This document shows, piece after piece, positions 18,509 through 27,443 of a DNA stretch of 32,000 nt. Source of the stretch: Aliivibrio fischeri ES114 (GTDB lineage Bacteria > Pseudomonadota > Gammaproteobacteria > Enterobacterales > Vibrionaceae); NCBI RefSeq assembly GCF_000011805.1, contig NC_006840.2, one strand, 5' to 3'. The position numbers were made by a program, and so were the translations under genes. The notes under the pieces are model-generated. The model saw only the letters and a list, made by a program, of their open reading frames with translations, was not told the DNA's origin and did not search any database. The stretch's first letter is position 1. Every line of letters starts with the position of its first letter.

Positions 18509-20551
18509 TCAACCTACCAAATTATGATATTGCTGTTCTTCTGTCTTTGTTGGCAAATAGATCGTAAAGACGGTTCCCTTTCCAAGTTGTGATCTCACTT
18601 TAATTTCACCACCAGTTTGACTTAATAAACTTTGAGAAACAGATAAACCAAGCCCTGTTCCATCACGCTTTGTTGTATAGAACGGGTCAAAAATTCGATT
18701 CAATTGTTCGCCAGCAATACCACATCCAAAATCTTCTACTTCTATAATCGCACCAAACTCAACCCCTTCATGACACCAAGTTCGACTACGAATGATAAGT
18801 TTACCTTTACTGTTCATCGCATGGATGCCATTCATTTGCAGATTGACTAATACTTGCAATAAATGATGGCGATTCACTTCCACTCTTGGTGGCTGCTCAA
18901 AATCAAACTCAACCTCAATATCTCGTTTGTGAGCCCCTGTACGAACTAAGGTAACGCTTTCTTCAATGATTGGATTAATGTATTGCCATGTCACCTCATC
19001 TTGAATCCCACCTTGTCGACTGTACTGCAATAAACTACGAGTGATATTACGGATTCGGTCTATTTGCTCCATAATGGTTTCTAGCTCTTCAGCTATTACG
19101 TGGGCCTCTTCACCTAATTCATATTTAATTAATTCTGCATTACCTAGAATAACAGCTGTAGGATTATTAATTTCATGAGCAATACCAGCAGTCAACTCAC
19201 CAAGTGATGCCAATTTTTCACTCATTACCAGCTTATCTTGAGCTTGTTTTAGCAATTTTATGTATTGCTCTAATTCCACTGTCTTTTCATGCAAACTTGC
19301 CGTTCTTGATTCAACTTTTGACTCTAACTCTTTAGATGCCCTTTGGATCTCTAAATTTCGTAACTGAAGTTGATCAAGCATATTGTCAAACTGCTGCGCT
19401 AAGCTGGCCAGTTCATGACTATTATCTAATCCTAAGTCCCCAATTCGAACATCTTTACCTAATTGGACAGACTTTACTACAAAGTGAATTTTTTCGATCG
19501 GTTGAAATAGATCTCGAGCTCCTCGATGCACAAAAAAGGTCGACAATAATAACGTAATAAGAATGGTGATCCCTGCTTCAAGCAAGTTTTGTAAATACTG
19601 TTTTAATAGCGGCCACTCTAAATAGCCGGTATAAAGCATTCCAATCACATCTCCATTCATATCTTTAATCGGTTGATATGCTGAAATGTACCAATCATTG
19701 TAAACATAAGCTCTATTTACCCATCGCTCTCCAGCACCAATAACTTGTGCTTTCACTTCTGGAGATACTTTGGTTCCAATAGCACGGCCTTGGTTTAGCT
19801 CTTTATTTGCAAAATCAGTATGCAGTGGAACGTTGGTACTAATACGAAGTCCATCTAAAAATAACGTTACTGTCCCTATATTATTGGATGGTAAATCGCC
19901 TGATGGATAGATCAAATCACGGATTCTATCGACAAGTAATGTGCTGTTATTTAATATAATTCCACTATCGACAATCCAAGTTAACGTCCCTTTATTATCA
20001 AAAATTGGTATTAACGTTCGGCTAATCAAACCACGCTTTTCTATACTTCCATCTTCTTTGTTAGTCACCCAAACCTGTTGTTTCAGTTTAGGATTAATAT
20101 CCGCTAACTCTTTTTCAGACATGACTTGAAAGAAGGTTCGTGACATACCAATCTTCATATCATTGACTAAAGAAGAAGGTAGCTCATTCATATAAGAGAT
20201 TGGATGTAACGCAATAAAATCAGAGTTGTATTTCCCCGCTTGTTGCGAAACCCACAACTCAAAATCAGGTGCTTTATTTTCAAACTTTTTTTGAAAATAA
20301 TACGATTCTACAAAGCCTCTCAATTCTGCGCTTTGCTCTCGCTGTAAAAAATCAATACTGTTATTGGCAACAGATAATTTACTACCAACATCATTCAGTG
20401 CATTTTGCCAAGTATAATGTGTAGACCAAAATGCAGTAATGATCACGAGAGCGAGTAAGGTTAAGAATAATGGAACCGAGTTCAACCAAAGTAAGCGATA
20501 ACGCACCATGGTTTTAATGCGTTTTTTCCAAACCGTCGGAGATAGCGTCAT
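18509..20551 (-). CDS. Membrane sensor histidine kinase with extracytoplasmic (Cache-like) sensor and HAMP-like linker
   Basis: N-terminal TM, about 270-aa extracytoplasmic region, second TM, SLGELTAGIAHEINNPTAVI H-box, HHLLQVLVNLQMNGIHA, DFGCGIAGE and GTGLGLSVS. ATG at 20551 overlaps the regulator stop by 4 nt (ATGA). Confidence 0.88.
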   Translation of the reverse strand: MTLSPTVWKKRIKTMVRYRLLWLNSVPLFLTLLALVIITAFWSTHYTWQNALNDVGSKLSVANNSIDFLQREQSAELRGFVESYYFQKKFENKAPDFELWVSQQAGKYNSDFIALHPISYMNELPSSLVNDMKIGMSRTFFQVMSEKELADINPKLKQQVWVTNKEDGSIEKRGLISRTLIPIFDNKGTLTWIVDSGIILNNSTLLVDRIRDLIYPSGDLPSNNIGTVTLFLDGLRISTNVPLHTDFANKELNQGRAIGTKVSPEVKAQVIGAGERWVNRAYVYNDWYISAYQPIKDMNGDVIGMLYTGYLEWPLLKQYLQNLLEAGITILITLLLSTFFVHRGARDLFQPIEKIHFVVKSVQLGKDVRIGDLGLDNSHELASLAQQFDNMLDQLQLRNLEIQRASKELESKVESRTASLHEKTVELEQYIKLLKQAQDKLVMSEKLASLGELTAGIAHEINNPTAVILGNAELIKYELGEEAHVIAEELETIMEQIDRIRNITRSLLQYSRQGGIQDEVTWQYINPIIEESVTLVRTGAHKRDIEVEFDFEQPPRVEVNRHHLLQVLVNLQMNGIHAMNSKGKLIIRSRTWCHEGVEFGAIIEVEDFGCGIAGEQLNRIFDPFYTTKRDGTGLGLSVSQSLLSQTGGEIKVRSQLGKGTVFTIYLPTKTEEQQYHNLVG

Positions 20552-21975
20552 GCGTTTTCTTCGCTCCACTCTTTAAACTTACGCTCTAAAGTTTTACGAG
20601 CAACCCCCAACTGCCTTGCAGCTGCAGATTTATTACCATCATGAAGATCCACGACAGTGATGATGTGTGATTTTTCCACTTCTTTTAATGTCCATTTTTC
20701 TGGGTAAGTATCTAAGATAGGCATACAAGTACACTCGCCTTCTTTATTCCTTGATGCGTCATCATTTTTATTCTGTTCATTGTCTTGATGAATTGGCTCA
20801 TCACCTTGTAGTTCAGCCCAATGTTCAACAGGTGGTTTGCCTAATAAAATACAGCGTTCAATCATGTTTTTAAGCTCACGGATATTACCCGGCCAATCGT
20901 AATTTGCCATTGCGACGATATCTTCATGAGCCCAATGCACAGGTTTTACTCCCATTTCACTCGCAATCATTTGAGAAAAATGCTCAGTTAAACATGCAAG
21001 ATCCGCTTTTCGCTCTCGTAATGCTGGTAGAGAAACCGTCAAAACATTTAAACGATAAAATAAATCTTTTCTGAAATTTCCTTTTTCCACTTCTTCTAAT
21101 AAATTACGGTTAGTAGCAGCAACAATACGAACATCAACAGGAATTTCTTTTTCAGAGCCTACAGGTCTAATGGCTTTTTGCTCTAACGCTCGCAGCAACG
21201 ATGATTGCATTCCAATTGGCATTTCACCGATTTCATCTAAAAACAGTGTCCCACCATTCGCAACTCTGAATAAACCCTCACGCCCTTTCTTAGCACCAGT
21301 AAACGCACCAGAAGTATGCCCAAACAATTCACTTTCAAGTAAGTCAGGAGCAATAGCCCCGCAGTTTAATGGTACAAACGGCCCTTTGCGTTCACTTAAT
21401 TGGTGCAAACCACGAGCAACTAACTCTTTACCTGTTCCTGATTCACCTTCAATTAATACAGCTGCATTAGATGGAGCAAGTTGAGCAACCATTTTCTTTA
21501 GTTGTAACGTTTTCTCTGCATTACCGATGATCTCAATCGGATTCTTCTTCTCGACTTCTCTTTTTAAAGCAAAGTTTGTTCGCTCAACTAAACGACGATC
21601 CATGCATCGTTTTACTGCTTGTAGCATGTTTTCAAGATTAAACGGTTTTAAAATAAAATCAGATGCGCCAAGTCGAAGTGCTTGAATCGCCGTATCTAAC
21701 TCCGCATAACCTGTCATGAAAATCACATCATAATTACGCGCATCACATGCAATGCTTTCTTGCCACTCTAAACCTGTTTGACCTGGTAAGTTAATATCAA
21801 GAATGATTAAATCAAGATGGTGAGATTGTCGAATTTCTTCTGCTTCTTCAATCGTACCTGCGGTATGCACTTGTCCAAATTGTTTACTTAATGCTTTTTT
21901 TAGTATGGTTTGCATACCAATTTCATCATCAACAACAAGAACTGAAAACGCATTCCAATCTGATTTTACAACCAT
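20548..21975 (-). CDS. Sigma54-dependent (NtrC-family) response regulator
   Basis: Receiver domain, Walker A GESGTGKE, GAFTGAKKGREG, NGGTLFLDEIGEMP, Fis-type HTH at the C-terminus (DGNKSAAARQLGVARKTLERKFKEW). Confidence 0.93.
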   Translation of the reverse strand: MVVKSDWNAFSVLVVDDEIGMQTILKKALSKQFGQVHTAGTIEEAEEIRQSHHLDLIILDINLPGQTGLEWQESIACDARNYDVIFMTGYAELDTAIQALRLGASDFILKPFNLENMLQAVKRCMDRRLVERTNFALKREVEKKNPIEIIGNAEKTLQLKKMVAQLAPSNAAVLIEGESGTGKELVARGLHQLSERKGPFVPLNCGAIAPDLLESELFGHTSGAFTGAKKGREGLFRVANGGTLFLDEIGEMPIGMQSSLLRALEQKAIRPVGSEKEIPVDVRIVAATNRNLLEEVEKGNFRKDLFYRLNVLTVSLPALRERKADLACLTEHFSQMIASEMGVKPVHWAHEDIVAMANYDWPGNIRELKNMIERCILLGKPPVEHWAELQGDEPIHQDNEQNKNDDASRNKEGECTCMPILDTYPEKWTLKEVEKSHIITVVDLHDGNKSAAARQLGVARKTLERKFKEWSEENA

Positions 21976-22009
21976 ATTTATTCCTAATAAGATCTAAAGT
22001 GTTATGTGG

Positions 22010-22077
22010 GTCAAAATGTCCTAATTATTCTAACCTGTTATTCGCAAAATGTATCCTTTCTATTGCGACATTTTGTC
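22010..22077. promoter_or_regulatory. Three similar boxes, candidate response-regulator binding sites
   Basis: GTCAAAATGTC (22010-22020), CGCAAAATGTA (22043-22053), GACATTTTGTC (22067-22077); the last is a GACA-N3-TGTC dyad. They lie upstream of a sigma54-like promoter. Confidence 0.45.
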
Positions 22078-22168
22078 CTAATCACATTTTTTGTAAGGTT
22101 TTTATGTAAGAATCCAATTCAACCACTTAAATATCATTACGTTAAGTGTGTGTTTAAAGGCATTATAC

Positions 22169-22187
22169 TTGGCATAGTGATTGCTTT
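22169..22187 (+). promoter_or_regulatory. Sigma54-type (-24/-12) promoter for the tup operon
   Basis: TTGGCATAGTGATTGCTTT: GG at 22171-22172, GC at 22183-22184 (GG-N10-GC), matching YTGGCAyr-N3-TTGCw; about 70 nt upstream of tupA and divergent from a sigma54 regulator gene. Confidence 0.7.
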
Positions 22188-22256
22188 AGTGGGTACGAGT
22201 CTATTCACTTCAGAGCATTATGCTTTGCAAGTTAAACTTCATTACATGGATATAAC

Positions 22257-23078
22257 ATGAACAATAAAATTAAGACATTTTCTGCAGTTGCTGCACTGGC
22301 TTTAGGTTCTTTCTCTGCGACTGACGTATACGCTAATGACGCAAACGTTGTACGTTTAGCAACGACAACAAGTACTTACCACTCAGGCTTATTAGATTAC
22401 CTTCTTCCAGAATTCCAAAAAGATTCAGGCTACGAAGTTCAAGTTCTTGCTGCTGGTACTGGTAAAGCATTGAAAATGGGCGAAAATGGCGATGTTGATT
22501 TAGTAATGACTCACGCACCAAAAGCTGAAGCAAACTTTGTTGAAAAAGGCTACGGTGTTGAGCCAAAATCACTGATGTACAATGACTTTGTGCTAGTAGG
22601 TCCTAAAGCTGACCCTGCTCATATTCACGGTATGAAAGACGTTACTGCAGCATTCAAAAAAATGGCTGAATCTGACGTAACTTTCGTATCACGTGGCGAT
22701 GATTCTGGTACAAACAAAAAAGAATTGAATCTTTGGGCTCAAACTAAAATTGAACCAAACTTCGGTGGTTATAAAGCCGTTGGTCAAGGTATGGGTCCAA
22801 CACTAAACATGACTTCTGAACTACAAGCTTATACCTTAACAGACCGTGGTACTTGGTTAGCTTACCAGAACAAACTTGATCTTGAGATCATGGTTGAAGG
22901 TGATAAACGTCTATTCAACCCTTACCAAGTAATTCTAATTAACCCTGAGCGTTACAAAAACCTAAACACAAAAGGTGCGCAAGCATTCAGTGATTGGTTA
23001 GTAAGCGATAAAGGTCAGGCAATGATTAATAGCTTCAAACTGAATGGTAAACAACTGTTCACTGCGGACGCTAAATAA
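22257..23078 (+). CDS. tupA: Tungstate (possibly molybdate/tungstate) ABC transporter substrate-binding protein
   Basis: Signal peptide; VVRLATTTSTYHSGLLDYLLPEFQKDSGYEVQV, GDNGDVDLVMTHAPKAE-like region, FVSRGDDSGTNKKEL, typical of TupA. Confidence 0.88.
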   Translation: MNNKIKTFSAVAALALGSFSATDVYANDANVVRLATTTSTYHSGLLDYLLPEFQKDSGYEVQVLAAGTGKALKMGENGDVDLVMTHAPKAEANFVEKGYGVEPKSLMYNDFVLVGPKADPAHIHGMKDVTAAFKKMAESDVTFVSRGDDSGTNKKELNLWAQTKIEPNFGGYKAVGQGMGPTLNMTSELQAYTLTDRGTWLAYQNKLDLEIMVEGDKRLFNPYQVILINPERYKNLNTKGAQAFSDWLVSDKGQAMINSFKLNGKQLFTADAK

Positions 23079-23081
23079 TAC

Positions 23082-23780
23082 ATGACTATTTTAGCCACCT
23101 CTCAAGAGGCAATTCAATTACTGTTTAGTGGTGATACTGCATTATGGAGCATCGTAGGTGTTTCATTTTCTGTATCCCTATTTGCAATGGCAGTTGTATT
23201 ATTACCTGCTCTTTTGTTGGCATTTGCGCTTGCTTATGGATCTTTTCCTGGGCGGTGGCTATTACTTTCTATTATGAATACATTGCAATCCGTGCCCACC
23301 GTTGTTATTGGGTTGCTACTGTATATGATGCTTTCTCGTGCTGGCCCATTAGGTGACTGGCAACTACTCTTTACCCAAGAAGCAATGGTTATTGGACAGA
23401 TATTTATCTGTTTTCCAATTATGGTCGCTATGATGCATGGTGCATTTCAGCACAGTGACCGTCGTGTTTGGGAAACCTCATTCACGCTTGGTGCTTCACT
23501 TCCACGCGCATTTGGCAGCTTAATTTGGGAGACTCGCTTCCCTATTTTAGCCGCTGTAATCGCTGGATTTTCTCGTATAATTACTGAAGTAGGTTGTTCA
23601 ATGATGGTTGGTGGTAACATCTTCAACTCTACTCGAAATATTCCAACTGCGATTGCAATGGAAAGCCAAAAAGGCGCATTTGCACAGGGTGTTGCTCTTG
23701 GTATGGTGTTATTAGTTTTAGCACTCGTTTTAAACTTTTTACTCTCTATCACTCGTGGTAAAGGGTATTTACGTACTTAG
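23082..23780 (+). CDS. tupB: Tungstate ABC transporter permease
   Basis: Hydrophobic permease with SVPTVVIGLLLYMMLSRAGPLG and FSRIITEVGCSMMVGGNIFNSTRNIPTAI. Confidence 0.88.
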   Translation: MTILATSQEAIQLLFSGDTALWSIVGVSFSVSLFAMAVVLLPALLLAFALAYGSFPGRWLLLSIMNTLQSVPTVVIGLLLYMMLSRAGPLGDWQLLFTQEAMVIGQIFICFPIMVAMMHGAFQHSDRRVWETSFTLGASLPRAFGSLIWETRFPILAAVIAGFSRIITEVGCSMMVGGNIFNSTRNIPTAIAMESQKGAFAQGVALGMVLLVLALVLNFLLSITRGKGYLRT

Positions 23781-23793
23781 TAGGCATATAACG

Positions 23794-24501
23794 ATGACAA
23801 TTAGAATAACTGCCGATAATCTATCTATGCGATTTAACGATCGTGTGCTTTTTCATATCCCTCATTTATCTCTTGGGCCAAAAGAATCCGTTTATTTACG
23901 TGGCGCAAATGGCGTAGGTAAAACCACTCTACTCAAAATCTTATCGGGTCTGCAAACCGCGACAACAGGTAAGATCAACCTTGACCAACCTCACTGGTCT
24001 GTTCGTCTACTTGGCCGTTCAGGTAACAATCAAATCGTTTATTTGCATCAGAATCCATTTCTTTTTGATGGTACGGTTTATGACAATGTCATTTACGGTG
24101 TGAAATACACAGCGATGAGCAAGCAAAACAAACGTAATATGGTGATCAACGCCTTACGTATGGTTGGACTTGAAACCTTAGCTGACGAACATATTTCTGT
24201 TTTATCTGGTGGTGAAAAACAACGTGTCGCTATGGCTCGAGCTTGGGTATTAAAACCGTCTATTTTGCTAATGGACGAACCAAGTGCTAGTGTTGACCAA
24301 GAGTCCATCGATTTATTAGTAATTATGGCTAAAGATCTACTTGATCGTGGCTCTAGCATTGTCGTTACCAGCCACCAAACCAATGCCTTAACTGAAATTT
24401 GTCATCGTCAATGGACCATTTCAGATGCAAAGCTGATAGAATCAACCCCATTAAAAGTGATTGTTAGCAAGGATAAGTATGCTCCAGCCAAAGCAAACTA
24501 G
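23794..24501 (+). CDS. tupC: Tungstate ABC transporter ATP-binding protein
   Basis: Walker A GANGVGKTTLL, LSGGEKQRVAMARAW signature, Walker B ILLMDEPSA. Start placed at MTIRITADNLS. Confidence 0.88.
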   Translation: MTIRITADNLSMRFNDRVLFHIPHLSLGPKESVYLRGANGVGKTTLLKILSGLQTATTGKINLDQPHWSVRLLGRSGNNQIVYLHQNPFLFDGTVYDNVIYGVKYTAMSKQNKRNMVINALRMVGLETLADEHISVLSGGEKQRVAMARAWVLKPSILLMDEPSASVDQESIDLLVIMAKDLLDRGSSIVVTSHQTNALTEICHRQWTISDAKLIESTPLKVIVSKDKYAPAKAN

Positions 24502-25063
24502 TTGGGTAATTTTAGCGGGTGGGCAAGCTCGTCGTATGGGTGGAAAAGATAAAGGGTTTGTTTTATTTCAAGATAAAGCACTCATCGAGCACGCTCTAGA
24601 CACATTGACATCTCAAACTGACCAAATTGCCATTAATGCTAATCGCAGTATTGAAGAATACTCACGTTACGCTGTCACCTTCCCTGACCAATTTAGTGAA
24701 TACCCAGGGCCTTTAGCGGGTATGCATTCTGGTCTTGTAAATATGAATTCTGACTGGGTTGGGTTTATTCCATGTGATTCCCCTAACCTACCAAACAATT
24801 TAGTTTCTTTGCTTTGTAATGCCGTCAAAGAAGATACTGATATTGTGGTAGCTCACGATGGTGAGTACATGCAACCGGTTGTCACTTTAATGCACAAACG
24901 TATTATTCCAAAAATTGATGCCTTTTTAACGCGTGGAGACAGAAAAATCATCCTATTATACAAAGAGTGTAATACTGTATTTGCTGATTTCTCTGACTAC
25001 CCTAACGCGTTTATCAATTTGAATAGTCCTCAAGAACTTGAACAATTTGGAACTTTATTATGA
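24479..25063 (+). CDS. mobA: Molybdenum cofactor guanylyltransferase
   Basis: WVILAGGQARRMGGKDKG nucleotide-binding motif; GFIPCDSPNLP. Overlaps the end of tupC. Confidence 0.9.
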   Translation: MLQPKQTSWVILAGGQARRMGGKDKGFVLFQDKALIEHALDTLTSQTDQIAINANRSIEEYSRYAVTFPDQFSEYPGPLAGMHSGLVNMNSDWVGFIPCDSPNLPNNLVSLLCNAVKEDTDIVVAHDGEYMQPVVTLMHKRIIPKIDAFLTRGDRKIILLYKECNTVFADFSDYPNAFINLNSPQELEQFGTLL

Positions 25064-26841
25064 GCTTAACGTCTGCGTCTATCCCTCTATTGGGTTTTGC
25101 TGCTTATAGCGGCACAGGTAAAACAACATTACTTGAAAAACTGCTGCCTAAACTGACTGATATGGGACTAAAAGTCGCAGTCATTAAACACGCTCATCAT
25201 AATTTTGATATCGACCAAGAAGGCAAAGACAGCTACCGCTTACGTAAAGCGGGCGCTAGCCAAATGTTGATCAGTTCACGTTTTCGCAATGCCTTGATCA
25301 CTGAAACCCCCGATGAAGAAACAACATGTCAGCAGTTAATCAATAAACTCGATCAAACTGAATTAGACTTAATTCTTATTGAAGGGTTTAAACAACTACC
25401 ATCCACCAAGATTGAATTGCATCGTAATGAAATCGGCAAGCCTTGGATTTTCCCAGAAGATGAAAACATCATTGCGATTGCCTCGGATTTAAAAGCCGAC
25501 TCTGAACTGCCTCAAATGGACATCAATGATACCGATTCAATCACGCAATTCATTGTTGACTACGTCAAACAACATCAGCATAAACAGCAAAGTGACCTAT
25601 CCGCCAACTGCGATGAGTTATCCCCTGCGTTTTTATCTGTTAGTCAAGGCAGAGCTAAGATTTTAGAGGCGATCACTCCACTAAATTCACAAAGTGATGT
25701 CTCTTTAGTTGAGTCGATTAATGCATTAGCCGCTCAAGATATTTTATCACCGATTAATGTTCCCCAACATAACAATTCAGCAATGGATGGCTATGTGATT
25801 TGTGGTGATGATTTAGAGTGTGAAAGCTATACGGTCGTTGCCGAAATCATGGCAGGTCACAGCTATGATCGCCCTCTTCAACATGGTGAAGCAGCTAAAA
25901 TCATGACGGGGGCGCCAGTACCTGAAAATGGTCATGCCGTGATCATGCGAGAACAAGCGACTCAAGAAGGTGATCAAGTACGCTTCGATGCGGGTAAATC
26001 AGGCATTCGTAAAGGCCAAAATGTTCGTCTAGCCGGTGAAGATCTGGCTATCGATCAGATCTGTGTGGCTAAAGGTTCACGTATTACAGCACCTGAAGTG
26101 GGTATGCTTGCGTCTTTAGGCATTGCTTCTGTTCCTGTTATCGCTAAAACAAAAGTAGCTATCTTCTCGACTGGCGATGAAGTTCAAGCACCAGGTGAAG
26201 CACAAAAAGCCAACTCTATTTACGACTCAAACCGTTTTACTTTAACGGCATTACTGCAAAAATTAGGCTGTGAAGTGATTGATTTCGGTATCATTGAAGA
26301 CAGTGAAGCCGCTTTAGAATCAACGCTTTCTCAAGCATCACAACAAGCAGATATGATTTTATCTTCTGGTGGTGTGTCGGTTGGTGATGCGGACTACATC
26401 AAAACGATTTTAGACAAACTGGGCAATATTAATTTCTGGCGTATCAATATGCGTCCGGGACGCCCTCTTGCCTTTGGTCATATTGGTGATACGCCATTCT
26501 TCGGTTTACCGGGTAACCCTGTAGCAGTAATGGTGGCGTTCTTACAGTTTGTCGAGCCTGCACTTCGCAAACTTCAAGGCGAAGATAATTGGCAGCCTGA
26601 AACCTTTACTGCAATTGCAAAAGAGTTTATTCGTTCTCGCACTGGCCGAACTGAATACAGCCGTGGTATTTACTCTATTAACCAAAATGGTCAAATGGAA
26701 GTCGTAACCACAGGCAAACAAGGCTCTGGTATTTTACGTTCAATGAGTGAAGCCAACTGCTTAATTGAAGTGCAACCAGAAGTTGAGTCGGTAGATATTG
26801 GTCAGAAAGTGACGATCATTCCGTTGAGTTCGAGAGTGTAG
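25060..26841 (+). CDS. Fused MobB adaptor / MoeA molybdopterin molybdotransferase
   Basis: N-terminal MobB (LLGFAAYSGTGKTTLLEKLLPKL, LILIEGFKQ) fused to MoeA (NNSAMDGYV, GAPVPENGHAVIM, IFSTGDEV, SSGGVSVGDADY, MRPGRPLAFG, GLPGNPVA). Confidence 0.93.
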   Translation: MSLTSASIPLLGFAAYSGTGKTTLLEKLLPKLTDMGLKVAVIKHAHHNFDIDQEGKDSYRLRKAGASQMLISSRFRNALITETPDEETTCQQLINKLDQTELDLILIEGFKQLPSTKIELHRNEIGKPWIFPEDENIIAIASDLKADSELPQMDINDTDSITQFIVDYVKQHQHKQQSDLSANCDELSPAFLSVSQGRAKILEAITPLNSQSDVSLVESINALAAQDILSPINVPQHNNSAMDGYVICGDDLECESYTVVAEIMAGHSYDRPLQHGEAAKIMTGAPVPENGHAVIMREQATQEGDQVRFDAGKSGIRKGQNVRLAGEDLAIDQICVAKGSRITAPEVGMLASLGIASVPVIAKTKVAIFSTGDEVQAPGEAQKANSIYDSNRFTLTALLQKLGCEVIDFGIIEDSEAALESTLSQASQQADMILSSGGVSVGDADYIKTILDKLGNINFWRINMRPGRPLAFGHIGDTPFFGLPGNPVAVMVAFLQFVEPALRKLQGEDNWQPETFTAIAKEFIRSRTGRTEYSRGIYSINQNGQMEVVTTGKQGSGILRSMSEANCLIEVQPEVESVDIGQKVTIIPLSSRV

Positions 26842-26865
26842 ATACCTCTTATCCAAATGATTATA

Positions 26866-26901
26866 AACAGGCCTATTTTACAACTAGGCCTGTTTTCTTT
26901 T
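26866..26901 (+). terminator. Rho-independent terminator after the tup/mob/moe operon
   Basis: AACAGGCCTA-TTTTACAAC-TAGGCCTGTT followed by TTCTTTT. Confidence 0.88.
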
Positions 26902-26978
26902 CTAATCACTTTATCCAATCCCATGTTGATGGTATAAAGTGCCTAAAATACTGTGTTCTAAAATTATAAGGCTCCAAG

Positions 26979-27311
26979 ATGTCTAAAATGTTCTTCAAAG
27001 GTCGTATCGAGACTCGTCAAAACCACGTTCTTTCTGGTTACAACACTAAACGTGACGTTAAGTTAGGTACTGAAGAAGCACCATTAACTCTAGTTGTTCA
27101 AACTGAAGAGCGTAAAATCGAAGTTGAAGCCCAAGTTGCTGAGCATAAATTGTTTGCTAACATTGAAGTGAATGCAGAGAAAGAAGAAAATATTCTTGAG
27201 CTTGAAGGCGTATTAAACAAGCCTAAGACAACTCGCTTTGAGAAAACACCTAACCGCAACGATCCTTGTTCTTGTGGTAGCGGTAAGAAATACAAAAAAT
27301 GCTGCGCTTAA
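26979..27311 (+). CDS. Small SEC-C (Cys/His metal-binding) motif protein
   Basis: C-terminal NRNDPCSCGSGKKYKKCC. Confidence 0.85.
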   Translation: MSKMFFKGRIETRQNHVLSGYNTKRDVKLGTEEAPLTLVVQTEERKIEVEAQVAEHKLFANIEVNAEKEENILELEGVLNKPKTTRFEKTPNRNDPCSCGSGKKYKKCCA

Positions 27312-27356
27312 TAGCTAATTAACGTTAAGTTACTTAATTAAATCTAAGCGCATTAC

Positions 27357-27412
27357 AAAAAAGAGCCTCTGTTTATCTGTTACTAATAACAAACAACATG
27401 AGGCTCTTTTTG
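27357..27412. terminator. Bidirectional terminator between convergent genes
   Basis: AAAAAAGAGCCTC ... GAGGCTCTTTTT. Confidence 0.75.
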
Positions 27413-27443
27413 TATCTAAATTTCTATCTTATTTTTGTAGAAC

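Noticed and set aside
21170-21484. 104-aa ORF antisense to the AAA+ domain of the sigma54 regulator
   Set aside because: Shadow ORF; the opposite strand carries conserved Walker and GAFTGA motifs.
23447-23752. 101-aa ORF antisense to tupB
   Set aside because: Shadow ORF; tupB is well supported.
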